Origin: Rhizophagus irregularis
Lineage: Eukaryota
Length of the DNA stretch: 64,000 nt
NCBI RefSeq assembly: GCF_026210795.1
Contig: NC_089429.1
Location: forward strand, 5,332,001 to 5,396,000
Direction: 5' to 3'
Below, piece by piece: positions 25,583-38,982 of the stretch (position 1 is the stretch's first letter; each line of letters opens with the position of its first letter). A program made the position numbers and the translations under genes. A model generated the notes under the pieces. That model searched no databases. It was given only the letters and a program-made list of their open reading frames with translations, and was not told where the DNA came from.

Positions 25583-28500
25583 ATGGCAAGCGATTCCAGT
25601 AGTAAAAATATTGATACAAATAAGCATACTCAATGGATTGAAAATGGCATTGCTTATAATTATATTAATTACCATGATTATAATGAATTTGAGAATATTA
25701 AATTTATAAAAAGAGGAGGATTTAGTGATGTTTATCGAGCTACTTGGAAAAATTCAAATACTGCTGTTGCACTAAAATATATCGCAGATATTGGCATCAA
25801 AGATATTGTTAACGAGGTATGACTAAATAATATTTATTATAATACCTTCTTATAAATAGTAATTTTTTTTTTATTATTTAGATAAGTTTATTGGTCAAAG
25901 TCAATAATATTCACGTGAATATTATTCGATTTTTTGGTATCGCTAAAAGGCATAGTAAGTATTTTTTTTTTTAAAAAAAAGATCTTTAAAGAAATATATA
26001 TCGTTAAATTAATTTATATATATATATTTTTTTAGATAACGATGATATGAATTCAAGTTATTTGTTAATTTTTGAATATGCAGATAGTGGTACATTGGGA
26101 AATTATTTAAAAGATAATTTCAATAAATTAGATTGGAATATGAAATTGAAGTTTGCTATTCAAATTGCTGATGCGGTCTCATGTATACATGATAAAGATA
26201 TTATTCATCGTGATTTAGTAAGCAATATTTTTTTATTAATTTATTTTTAATGACGTTTATAAATTTAATTTGATCTAACACTTTATAAATAATAGCATTC
26301 AGATAATATATTGGTTCATCAAAATACGCTTAGATTAGCAGATTTTGGACTTTCACGTAGAGTGGCTGAAGTATCAACTCAAAAAGAAATTTTTGGAAAA
26401 ATAGCTTACATTGATCCACAATATTGTCAACCGAAAACAAATAAAGATACTATTGGTTATGAATATAAACCAAATAAGAAATCAGATGTATATAGCGTTG
26501 GTGTACTCCTATGGGAAATATCATCTGGGAGAAACCCATTTGAATCTTATGATAATGGTTATCTAAGAATAAGTTTGATGTTTGAAATCTTAAATGGTAA
26601 AAGGGAAATTCCAATCCCTGGTACACCGAATGATTATATTAACATTTATACAAGTATGACTTTTATTATTTGTATATAACTATATATAATATACTTATAC
26701 TATATATTAAATATTAACGTAATACTTACTATAAAATAATTTTTTTTTTTTTAGAATGCTGGCAAAATAATCAAGATGATAGACCAGAAATGAAACAAGT
26801 ATTAGATGACCTAAAATCGATCAAGATTGAAAATAATAACGAAATTATTATTAATGAATTATTATTCCAATATGATAATTTTAGTAGAAAAGGAATTTAT
26901 AAACGAGTAGATTTTATTAAATTTGTTAAAGAATATATAACATTAAACAATAAGAATGAATATGAAATATTCAATTATTTATTAAATAATAAGGATAATA
27001 ATCCTCAAAATATTTTTCTTTTGGCAATTTTTTATCAATATGAAATTGGTACTGAAAAAAGTGAAATTAATGCATTTGAATTATATAAAGAGGCATCTGA
27101 AAGAGGTTACATTAATGCATTATATCAGTTTGGAGTATGTTATGATTATGGAATAGAAACTGAAAAAAATAAAAGTAAAGCATTTGAATTATATAAAAAA
27201 GCTTCTGAAAAAGGGCATATTAATTCGACATATAAGCTTGGAATATACTATTGTAACGGAATAGGGATTGAAAAAAATGAAATTAAAGCATTTGAATTAT
27301 ACAAGAAATCAGCTGAAGAAGGTCATTTTAATTCTATATATCAACTTGGATTTTGTTATCAACATGGAATAGGAACTGAAAAAAATAAAAACAAGGCAAT
27401 TTTATTATATAAAAAAGCAGCTGAAAAAGGACATATTAAATCAACGTATCAACTTGGAAGATGTTATTATTATGGAATAGGAATTGAAAAAAATACATTT
27501 AAAGCATTTGAATTATATGAAAAAGCAGCTGAAAAAGAACATCTTGATTCAATACATCAACTTGGATTTTGTTATCGATTTGGAATAGGAACTGAAAAAA
27601 ATGAAAATAAAGCATTTAAATTATATAGAAAAGCAGCTAATGAAGGTCACGTTAGTTCAATATATCAACTTGGAGAATGTTATCATTATGGAATAGGAGT
27701 TGAAAAAAATGAATTGGAAGCATTTAAATTATATAAAGAGGCAGCTAATAAAGGTGATAATGATTCAAGATATCATACTGGGTATTTTTACCAACATGGC
27801 ATAGGAACTATAATAGATGAATTTCAAGCATTTCAATTATATAAAGAAGCGGCTGAAAAAGGACATATTAAATCAATGTATCAACTTGGAGAATGTTATT
27901 ATTATGGAATAGGAATTGAAAAAAATAAATTTAAAGCATTTAAATTATGTAAAGAAGCAGCTGATAAAGGTGATAATGATTCAAGAAATTTTACTGGATA
28001 TTGCTATCAATATGGTATAGGAACTATAATAGATGAATTTCAAGCATTTCAATTATATAATAAAGCGGCTATTGAAAGTCACATTAATTCAGTATATAAT
28101 CTCGGATATTGCTACCAATATGGAATTGGAACTGAAAAAAATAAAATTAAAGCATTTGGATTGTATAAGGAAGCAGCTGAAAAAGGACATGATTTTGCAA
28201 TGTATAATCTTGGAGAATGTTATCAATATGGAGTAGGAACTAAAAGAAATGAAACTAAAGCATTTGAATTATACAAAGCAGCATCTGATAAAGGTAATGT
28301 TGATTCAATATATCATATTGGATATTGTTATCAATTTGGAATAGGAATTGAAATAAATGAAGTTAAAGCATTTGAATCATATAAAAAAGCCGCTAGAGAA
28401 CTACTTATTGATTCCGTATATCGGTTTGGATATTGTTATCAGCATGGAATTGGAACTGAAAAAAATGAAACTAAAGCATTTGATTTATATGGAATGGCAG

Positions 28501-29717
28501 CTAATTGGGAGCATATTTCTTCAATAAATAGTCTTGGAGAATGTTATCAATATGGAATAGGAACTGAAATTAATAAAACTAAAGCATTTGAATTATATAA
28601 GAAGGCAACTGATAAAGGTGATAGTCATTTTTCAACATATTCTTTTAGATATTGTTATCAATATGGAATTGAAACTGGAAAAAATAAAAATAAAGCAATT
28701 AAATTATATAAGAAAACAGCTGAAAAAGGTTATATTGCTTCATTAAATAATCTCGGAAAATGTTATCAATATGGAATTGGGACTGAAATGAATAAAGCCG
28801 AGGCATTTAAATTATTTGAAAATGCATCCCAAAAGGGGCACCTTGATTCAATATATCAACTTGGATTTTGTTATCAGCATGGAATTGGAACTGAGAAAAA
28901 TAAAATTAGAGCATTTGAATTATATAAAAAAGCAGCTAATAAAGGTCATATTAATGCAATAAATAATCTTGGACATTGTTATGATTATGGAACAGGAACT
29001 AAAATAAATAAAATAAAAGCTTTTGAATCATATACAGAAGCTGCTGAAAAAGGTCAAATTAATGCAATGTATAATCTTGGATACTGTCACCAATATGGTG
29101 TAGGAACTGAAAAAAATGAAATTCAAGCATCAAAATTATATGAAAAGGCGGCTGAAAAAGGGCATATTAAATCAAAGTACCAGCTTGCACACTTTTATCA
29201 ACAGGGAATTGGAGTTGAAAGAGATGAAGTTAAAGCATTTGAAATTTATAAAGAAACGGCTAAAAAGGGCAATGTTGATTCAATATATCAACTTGGAGAG
29301 TGCTATTTTTATGGCATAGGAACTGAAAAAGATGAAGTCGAAGCATTTACATTATATAGTAAAGCAGCTGTAAAAAACCATATTGATTCAATTCATGATC
29401 TTGGATATTGTTATCAGCATGGAATTGGGACTCTGAAAAATAAGACAAGAGCATTTGGATTATATATAGAAGCAGCTGAAGAAGGCCACGTTACTTCTAT
29501 GAGTAATCTTGCAGAATGTTATCAATATGGAATTGGAACTGAAAAAAATGATATTAAAGCATTTGAATTATATAAAGAATTAGCTGAAAAGGGCCATCTT
29601 AATTCAATATATGATCTTGGATATTGTTATGAACATGGGATAGGAACTGAAAAGAATGAAATTAAAGCATTTGAATTATACAATGAATATGAAAATAAGC
29701 TTGATAATGACCTATAA
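25583..29717 (+). CDS. Tyrosine-kinase-like protein kinase fused to ~25 Sel1-like repeats, 5 exons, ~1269 aa
   Basis: Exons ~25583-25816, 25882-25954, 26036-26217, 26296-26653, 26755-29717 join in frame. RGGFSDVY, VALK, HRDL|HSDNIL, ADFGLS, AYIDP, SDVYSVGVLLWEISSG, then 36-aa A..G...A.Y.LG.CY..GIG.EKN..KAF.LY repeats. Confidence 0.95.
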
Positions 29718-31050
29718 CAATTTTCTATTATTAATAAGATTCCGTTATTTCAGAATGCTTTCTAATTAATAATTCATTTATTTATCTAGCTAGTTTACTA
29801 AGAAATTATATATAAGAAATTTTTTTTCTTTTTTTTATATTTATAATATATAATAAAATTTTATTATTACAGTTTCCAATAAAAAATTTATTCGTTTAGC
29901 GTTCATCGCATTTTTTTTCCCTTGTTTAAACATATACAGTTCACGCTATAGTGAATCCCTCGGGCTGGAGATTAACTTCATTATAGTGAGGAAATTCACT
30001 ATAGCGAATTTTATTTTATTTTATTTTATTTTAAAAATTAAGAAAATTACGGGAGTCATACAAACTTGGGGTTAGGCCCTTACAAAAGGAACAACTATAC
30101 TACACCTATATTAGTAATAACCCAGCCATCTAAACAGTCTCCCTGCCTAATATTGTCTAAACAATACTAAGCATGGCCAGCATTGCAGGAAAAAGATAAC
30201 AAACATGTTTTTTACAATTTTCAACATGTAACTTCTTATTTTCTTTCCTTTTTAACATTTGTATTTCAAACATCAAGAAAATTATCGAGGACGACATATC
30301 ATAGTTTTAGATTAGCAATCAGATAGTAAATAGACAGAACAATTCAGTAAGTAGGTGTAGGTGCCTGATTCCGTCTTTGACGGGTTAGTAGATTAGAATA
30401 ACCAATTAGTTCATAATAGTGTTATGTCTATTGTATTTTTTTAAACATAGTTGTAATTTACCTGTAAAAAAAAAAATAATAATAAATAATTGCTCGCATT
30501 ATTTTGGTAGAATATGCACACAATGTTATAATAACATTGCGTCATTGTTATACCTAATAAATATCGGCCGGTTAAAATGATTAACCTGCTGTGGGGACCA
30601 TCCCGTACCTTTACGTGCATGATTTACCAGATGGTATGTAAAAGGTAAATTTTATTAATTAGTAATATCCCAAGTTCACAAATAAAAATAAAAATTTACA
30701 GAAAGAAAGTAAAATTTGTTCTCTAAAATTAAATTCCAGCGCCATTATTATATATCAACATATAAAAACTAATTGAGCAAAATTTCCTTGTCTGGAATTA
30801 ATTAAAAATTAAACGAACTACTAATTAAAATAAAAATTTCTAAAAATTCGATCCTGGGGCTGAAATTATTGATTTTGGGGCGCGGTATTATATTTAATTT
30901 AGGTAGCGTTTAAAATTTACTGCGTCCGGAATTACGTTAAACTACCAAAGAATTTATGTAGATCATATGAATAAATAAAGTGAAATTTCGGTCACGTGTC
31001 ATCCAGCCAAAAACGAATTTTTTAAAATTAATAAAATACGACTTCCATAA

Positions 31051-31199
31051 CAGGCGGCTACTCTAGGGTTATTTTAGTTTTAAGGTGGTTGGGCGTTCCA
31101 TCTTATTGATTTTTTTTGCTGATACTTTGTAGTGTTAGTGCGATTTTATGTATTTGTTTCTCCCCGCGCATGTTATGTTAAAAATAAATAAAAATAAAA
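31051..31199 (+). mobile_element. 5'-truncated retroposed fragment with A-rich tail
   Basis: Flanked by identical acgacttccataa (31038-31050 and 31200-31212). Ends in aaaaataaataaaataaaaa. Confidence 0.7.
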
Positions 31200-31212
31200 A
31201 CGACTTCCATAA

Positions 31213-32324
31213 TTCCCCAGTTTCAATTTAACTCGATTCATTGGCCTTTAACTAAAGATTGGATTCAGTTCAACCATACAACAGACATATGCAGTGACCA
31301 TAAATCTTCTTTTCAGTCATTCAAAATCAAGAGTCTCGACCATGCATTGCCATGTGGCGACGTCCTTTTTAAACATTATCATGACCTTTACCCCAACTGG
31401 TATTCCTTGCCCGTTCAGCTCTCAACATTTAGACACTAATGACCATTTAGGATTGTGCCCGTCGCTTCGAACCTCTTTGCAATCAAATTTATCTCATTTA
31501 AAGAAAATTCTTCATGACTCGATGGCTTCTCATCTTCCTGATCCAAACTCAATCAAATTTATCATAGACAGCATTAATCGCTTACCATTATTTGCCACCA
31601 TCAATAACAACACACATGATGTATATTTGTTGATTCATCAACTCGTCCCACAAGACCTTTATAATATAATATATTCATACACCCACAAGCATAGTATTAT
31701 TAAGAAAATTATATTCGAATTTATGACTTCATTTTTCAACTATTTCTTAAAGATATTTGGATCCCGCATAACGACAAGCTTCACGCCTGGGAACGAGCCA
31801 GAAATATTCTGCGCAAAGATAAACGTAAACGCCCTCAACTACCGACACTTGATTCTTCTAAAAAACTTACCTCCGCCAGGATTAAGAGCCGTGTCCGCAT
31901 TAATCACGCTTCTAGCGCTCCATCACTCGGTCTTCTTCTCGACAACACCCCTTTTATGTGATCCCGGATGGTATCGACGATGCATCACTCGGTTCTCCGA
32001 TCCCTTTGTGGTTGGTTCTGATCACTTCGAACTATTTGCATTCGGGTGGATGGGCCTCTTTTCTTCATTATAATTCTTATATAGATTTTAAATTAGATAA
32101 TTCTTTTCATGTATATAATTTCTTTTTTTCTTTACGTTCAGTTTTAGACAGTGCTGGCCATACCTAGTATTGTTTTGTCAATAACAGGCGAGGCGATTTC
32201 TTTTTGGGAGGAGGTTGGGTTTAAACGCGTACGGTGGTGTTTGTAGTGCCTTCGTTAAGGCCTCGTTCCATAAACTCGTTTAACCTTGCCTCTGTCTACA
32301 TTTTAAAAATAAGAATAAAAATAA
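31213..32324 (+). mobile_element. 5'-truncated non-LTR retrotransposon (ORF2 C-terminus + 3' UTR + A-rich tail), frameshifted
   Basis: Mixed-frame translation gives SFKIKSLDHALPCGD...IPCPFSSQHLDTNDHLGLC, like the C-terminal zinc-binding region of LINE ORF2. Tail aaaaataagaataaaaataaa, then target copy acgactcccacaa (32325-32337). Confidence 0.75.
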
Positions 32325-33756
32325 ACGACTCCCACAAAACTACTGTATAAGTGAAAAAAAATTTTGTACAATTTGCAACCAAAAAACAATATTATTAACC
32401 GATTAATTAATCGGATAAGGCCTTTGACTATTGCCGTTTTCAAAATGACCGCGTAAGATGATGACAAAAAAAATAATAATTTTAAAAAAATACGAGAAAA
32501 AAATACATGTAATGTGTATGTAATAAAATACAAGATCATAGAAATTTTTTTTTTTTATGCTAAAAATCTTATTACGCTTTCAAAAGGTTGATAAAATATT
32601 ACGTGATTTTTTTTTTAACCTTTAAGCACAAAAGAAAAAGGTTTTCTATGATCCTGTTACACACACTACATAGGTTTTTTCTTGTGTATTTTTTTTTTGT
32701 CACCGTCTAACGTGATCGACGTCAATTTTAACTTTTTTGAAAATGATAAAGTTAGTTCGACGATTCTAATTTCCAACCTCCAAATTAAATATCAGAAATT
32801 TTTATATTCTAGCAAAGTTGAAAGTTTACTGTTTCATCAAGATGTATCGTCACAAAATTTTTGATACTTTAAAATGCAACTTTATATATCATTTCACAAA
32901 ATTGAAAATTATTTAACGTGCAATATCCTTGAAAATAACAAAATAGTCAATTAAAAGAACTAAAATTATGTCAACTTGTAATGTTGGAAATTGTTGCTAG
33001 AATAATTTCTGTTTAATAAAGCGCGAGAAATGGTTTACAATAGCTAACTCTTTATTTTGTTAATAACGATACATATAAATTTTTAACAATTTTAAGTTTG
33101 ACGCATATTGAATAAATTTTTCGAAATTTATAACGAAATTTGAATGATTATGATCGACTTTTTTGATAAATTAACTAGAATTTTAATATAACATAATTAC
33201 TCTCGATATTTCTGCAGTTGAAGAAGTTATTTTTTGTATGATGAAACATTCAAGATTTTAGTATGATATATATACTAATAAATGTGAGGGATTTTTATGT
33301 TGCAAGCAAGCAATATTACCGCGACATTCTGCGATACTTTCAATTGTTCGTTTAACGTTCAAATTTTTTGAAAGAATTGAACAAGAAAGGGTTGGAAAAT
33401 TGGAAAATTATAAGTTTTCGTAAGTGATATTTACATTACTACGGTTCACTCTCACTATAACGAATTTTTGTATAGTGAATAACTTGCTATAATGAAGAAA
33501 AGCTCCAATACAGATTTTTTTATGATCAATAATTTTCGATATAGTAAACCTTTGTACTTTGTAATTCGAAAATAAATGTCAGAACAAATATAGTAAAATG
33601 GCTGAAGATTTTCACTATAGTGAATTTTAAGGAGTTGCATCATTAATAATTTTTATCACATGATACTTGTTATATGCAAAATTTTTACAATGTTAAAAAT
33701 TCATATTTTAATAAGTTAGGTTTTTATGATTCCAAAAAAGAATGTCAGGTTTTTTG

Positions 33757-33915
33757 CCCTGTAAAAAAGTCTATCCATATTTTTTCCGTAAAAGGCTCAT
33801 ATTTCCGGAATTAATAACCTTATATCACGGAATTTATCGAATTATTTACATTTTCCGTGAATAGATCCGTGAAAAGCTCGTTTTTACAGAAATAACGGAT
33901 AAAATTTTTTATAGG
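33757..33915. mobile_element. CCCTGT...ATAGG(G) MITE, 3-bp TSD TTG
   Basis: ttg|ccctgtaaaaaa...tttttttatagg|ttg. Internal sequence homologous to 44534-44682. Confidence 0.75.
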
Positions 33916-34039
33916 TTGCTATATCAATTTGTGCTACTATTTTTAGTCAACAAAAAATAAAGAAAATATATGTAAATCACGTGATTATAATATATTTTGA
34001 TATAGTGAAAATTAATTCGCTATTTGCCATAGTGAATCC

Positions 34040-36109
34040 ATCAAACATCTCAAATACTAAAAAAACATATTCAACCAGACCCTAACGATTACAATTTTTT
34101 CGTTCCTGTCTTTTCTGTTAGTTCAAAAGCACGCGAACGCATCATTAAGACAAATTCTACTATTCCTACAATCCTACCGAGAGCACATCAAGTGATCCTC
34201 CTCCTTCACCCAAATTTATAATTTTAGGAACACAATTCCCTCATGAAAAAATTTTATCACCTTTAACATGCACAGTTGACAACTATGACTCTTTACCGCA
34301 AAGTATTTTCATACCTGAGAATCTTCGCCCTTTTATACCAACTACACCCGTTTACACAGCACCATCAGAAGGTTCGAAATACTTAGCCCCAGGTTCTCCT
34401 GGTTGGTTTAAATATCTCTATGATCAAGAACGGAAAACAGAATACAGACGCCAATGAGATATCCAAGAACAAGAATCCAAGCGTAAAAAACTTGAAGCAG
34501 AGAAACAACACAAAGCTCGCGTTGCGTACTACAGTACAAGTGTAAATAAATTTGACCCTCACTCTCCTACTTCAGCAATGATTTACATCAACAAATGAAA
34601 CGTCGATCGGTTTTTGCCGGAAAACACAAAAATGTTACGAAACCTGATATAACAGAAAAGGAACACGCCCACTTTGAAATCAATTACTTAGACTACGTCG
34701 CACAAACTCATTGGATACACTGTACTCCTCGTTCAGGCACGTCTGATAACACCAAAGAAATTGAAACACGTCAGCGTAAGCGAGACACTACCATCAACAC
34801 TAACCTTACTTCATCCAGATTTCTCCACACGACCCAAAAGATGCATCCGACGACCGGTTCCCACTGACTCCCCAGCTGTTGGACCTTCTAATTCGAAATA
34901 ATTTTGTTTACGATTATTACGTCTTTTACATAATGAGTCAACATACCCTATTACGAGTAGTTATAATACATCCTACATCATTACATTAAAACAATTTAGA
35001 ATAGTGTGAACCACTCCTACCTTTGACATTATTGACAGGCGGCGACATTATGTCGAAAGAAAAATACGGAGCATTTTATGAAACTAAATCTTATTCCAAT
35101 CAGCGGAAACGTATTTCGATACTAAACTATAATTCCTTATATGGGTGGTTAAATCTTATACCTGATGTTCCCAAAATTTTACTTTTCCCAGAAAGGTTTG
35201 TTTGATTAAATGATATCGCTATCGTTATCCCTCGTTTCCTGGATACTCACTGCGCGTTTGTTGTTCTCATTTAATTCTTACTTTTCCAGTTCTACACCTT
35301 TCTCTATTCCTTTGGTAGGGGCTGTGCCTTCGTTTAATTTATTTATGCGTTCGCTAAATGTTGCGTTCAACTTGTTGCAATTTTCTAGCTCTTCTATGCT
35401 CGGTATCCTTGAACCCGATTGGCTATCTGATGCTTCAAAAAATTGTTCATCTTCCGAAGAAGATGATGAAGCGACATTGTTTGACGCCTTTCGGAACTCC
35501 GTTTTCTCGTAAAATCCGTTTTGGCCAATTAAATCGTATCTGGAGACCTTCACCGAGTTTATCGTTCATTGCAAATTTGTATATGTTTAATCTTATTAAC
35601 TATAAGTATAACGATTTTAGCCAAATGACCACCATATGTTTTAACGTAATTTTTGACTATTTCATGATTCTTTATATTCGTTTGAGTTTAATTTTTTCAC
35701 CGCCTGCCAGCTATATCTTTTCTTAATATCTATTGCTTTCAATCTGGCATCAAACATCCTGAAGAAATATTCACGTCCTTTTTTTTGAGCGACAATGTTC
35801 GATCCACTTTGCTCGTATCTGGTTTCCCTTGTTTATATAGGCGGCGTTTGATAAATAATTTTTCTCTGTGTTCAGCTTCCTTTGTAAGTTTTCGTACATG
35901 TCTCATTTTTCCAATGTCGTAAATTTCATATCACGTGTAGTTTCGGATAAATGTTGATCCGAGTCACCGATTTTCGGTTTGTTTGTGTTGAAACATCTAC
36001 ACCAATTTTGTTCAAACTACTCATTTTCCAATTTATGATAATTAACAATGTGTAATATTCAGTGGCTGCAGTGATTACCATTTCCTTTTTGATTATACTA
36101 CATTTTCCT
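34040..36109. pseudogene. Block of degenerate coding-like sequence of unknown origin (probably TE-derived)
   Basis: Higher GC and broken reading frames on + (~34040-34900) and - (~35000-36109). Abuts the 5' end of the Sel1 gene at 36121. Family not recognised. Confidence 0.4.
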
Positions 36110-36120
36110 TTCCTGAACGC

Positions 36121-37167
36121 ATGCAAGACCATCTTAACAAAAAAATGTGTCAACCACCGAATAATACAGGTCCACAATCTATTCAACAAAATACTACATT
36201 AATAAATGACAACTTTAATAACCATTTGAGTGAAGAGGAGCAAAATTCTCTCAAATTAAAACATGGAAAAGTAAAAATACAAATGAATGATAATAGTGAT
36301 AATAATTTTTCAGGATTACGTCATCTTGGATATTGTTATCAACATGGAATTGAAACTGAAAAAAATGAAATTAAAGCATTCGAGTTATATGAAGCAGCAG
36401 CTGAAAAAGGTGATGTTGATTCAATATATCAGCTTGGATATTGTTATCAACATGGAATAGGAACTGAAAAGAATGAAATTAAAGCTTTCGAACTATACAA
36501 AGCATCTGCTGATATGGGTCACGTTGTTTCAACATATAATTTTGGGAAATGTTACGAAAATGGAATAGGGATTGAAAAAAATGATAATGAAGCATTTAAA
36601 TTATATGAGAAAGCAGCAGAAAAGGGTCACATTATTTCAATATATAATCTTGGAAAATGTTATTCTTGTGGAATAGGAATTGAGTACAATAAAATTAAGG
36701 CATTTGAATTATATAAAAAAGCAGCTGATAAAGATCATCTTGATTCAATATATCAGCTTGGATTTTGCTATCTTTTTGGTACAGGAACCGAAGAGAATGT
36801 AATTAAAGCATTTGAATTATATACTAAAGCAGCTGATAAAGATCATCTTGATTCAATAAATATACTTGGATTTTGTTATCATTATGGTATAGGAACAGAA
36901 GCGAGTGAGATTAAGGCATTCGAATTATATAAAAAGGCGTCCGATAAAGGTCATCTTGATTCAATGTATAAGCTCGGGAATTGCTATTTATTCGGTATAG
37001 GAACAGAAGCGAATGAGATTAAGGCATTGGAATTATATAAAAAGGCGTCCGATAAAGGTCATCTTGATTCAATGTATAAGCTCGGAAATTGCTATTTATT
37101 CGGTATAGGAACAGAAGCGAATGATATTAAGGCATTGGAATTATATCAGAAAGTTGCTGGCCGATAA
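36121..37167 (+). CDS. Sel1-like repeat protein (~8 repeats), N-terminally truncated paralog of 45493-47108; possibly a pseudogene
   Basis: 348-aa ORF. Upstream in-frame PER|MQDHLNKKMC matches PKR|MQNHFDKKEC of the 45.5-kb copy. The last repeat is frameshifted (gctggccgataaaggtcat). Shares 3' flank sequence (~37600-37700 vs ~47111-47218). Confidence 0.8.
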   Translation: MQDHLNKKMCQPPNNTGPQSIQQNTTLINDNFNNHLSEEEQNSLKLKHGKVKIQMNDNSDNNFSGLRHLGYCYQHGIETEKNEIKAFELYEAAAEKGDVDSIYQLGYCYQHGIGTEKNEIKAFELYKASADMGHVVSTYNFGKCYENGIGIEKNDNEAFKLYEKAAEKGHIISIYNLGKCYSCGIGIEYNKIKAFELYKKAADKDHLDSIYQLGFCYLFGTGTEENVIKAFELYTKAADKDHLDSINILGFCYHYGIGTEASEIKAFELYKKASDKGHLDSMYKLGNCYLFGIGTEANEIKALELYKKASDKGHLDSMYKLGNCYLFGIGTEANDIKALELYQKVAGR

Positions 37168-38982
37168 AGGTCATTTTATGCCAAGGTTTTTTTAATCAAC
37201 GTGGAACTCAAACTGAAAAAATGATAATAAAATATTAGAAAGAGCAGCAGCATAAAGCACAGGATTATGTCAATATTACTTCAAGATATAATTTTGAAAT
37301 CATTACTATAAAAAACAAAAATTTATAAGGAGAAATATTATTTATTAATAATCTTGATAAACTGAAGTAATATAAAGATATACTAGTTAGAAAATGTCGT
37401 ATTACTTGAATAATTCTTACCTAGTAACTTTCTTTTTTTTTTGAAAAAAAGAAGTTTAAACACGAACATCAGTTGAAATATATAAAATTCACAGAAAATC
37501 GTTAAAGTATATTAATTATATATATTGGCAAATATTTTGACTCTCAAAACCTCCAGTAATATTCAATAATTTAGAAAAATAAATAGTGAAAAGTTTGTGT
37601 AATTTCATAAACATTTTTAGTATTTCTTACGTCATTATGTAGTTTAAGTAATAAATTTATTTTCAAACCCACAATTTTCATACAATGTTGTATTGTACAC
37701 TATACTGTATGCGTTTTCTATAACTTTCGTTGCTATAAATCGGATAATACTAACTAACTGACAATTAGCGGGGCAAAGTTATTGTTTTTAACTTAAACTC
37801 ATTTCCTTGACTATCCATACATCAGGTACATTAAAGACTTTGTGGATGTGGAATTTTAGGTAAGGTTAAGAATTTACGTTACATGTTCGAGCTTTTTACA
37901 TTAGAATAAGAGTATTGGGTTATTTGGCAAAGAATTTTTTTTATGTAAATTAAAACACGGTATTGTTAACCGCTTTGAACTCCAGCGGACTCATTTGCCA
38001 GATTAATAAGATTAATCGATTTCATGTTATTAAATTAAGGATACGATCATGATAGGAAGAAACTAACTACGATTAAGAGTAAATGGGAGAAAAATAATTG
38101 TTATCATTGTTTTGCGACCGGCAGTATAATTTTTTTCATACTTTTATATCTCTTTGAACACCTATACTTACTCATCTGTCGGCTAAATCCTTATATTTCA
38201 TCTTAACAAAATGATAGAGATTTAATTTCATTGTACTTTAGCCGTTTAGCGTACTATTTACAATTTATAGAGACTACCTTCAAAATTCTTTTTCCGTAAC
38301 AATTCCTGATGTTTTATTTTCATGCAAATATTCCACGATCTGGCAAAATATTCTGAAAATCCAATTTAAAAGATTTTATTTCGTATAACTAACTATACCC
38401 ATTTTTTTCGGCAATGGAAAATTGATTTTCCGCTCAGTAAGATGATTTTATATCTATCCAAGATTTATTTTTCACAATTTTACTTTATAAATTTTAGATC
38501 CTTTTAATTTCCGTAATTTAAAGCTTTTAATTAAAATGAGCTACTAACCCAACTCTGTAAGAAACTACCTTGAGCATTGTCGATATCATCTTGTTAATAC
38601 AATCAATTTGAAATTTTCAGTTTTTGAATATCGAGATATACTGCGGCTTTAATTTATGAATCATGTGCCAGCGACCCAAACCAAATGACCCAAATGACTG
38701 GTCACGTGCCTTTGGTCATAAATGATAATCGACCTAGTTATTTAAAAATTACATCATAATTCTGGCCAAAATTATTTTGCAATTTTGATGTTTTCGAGGA
38801 TAAATTATATCACGAGATAATATATGTAATTCTGGCCAGCATCAATTTAGCAATCACTGAATTTAAATTGTCTACTTATTACCAGTATGTGCATTGAAAG
38901 TTTCCAATGACTTTTTATTGAATTGGCCTTCCAATGATTTTTATTCACATTATAATATATTATACTATATATAGACATGTTA

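Noticed and set aside
29936..30490. Tigger-like left end plus two possible retro tails
   Set aside because: Matching right end and TSDs could not be established by eye.
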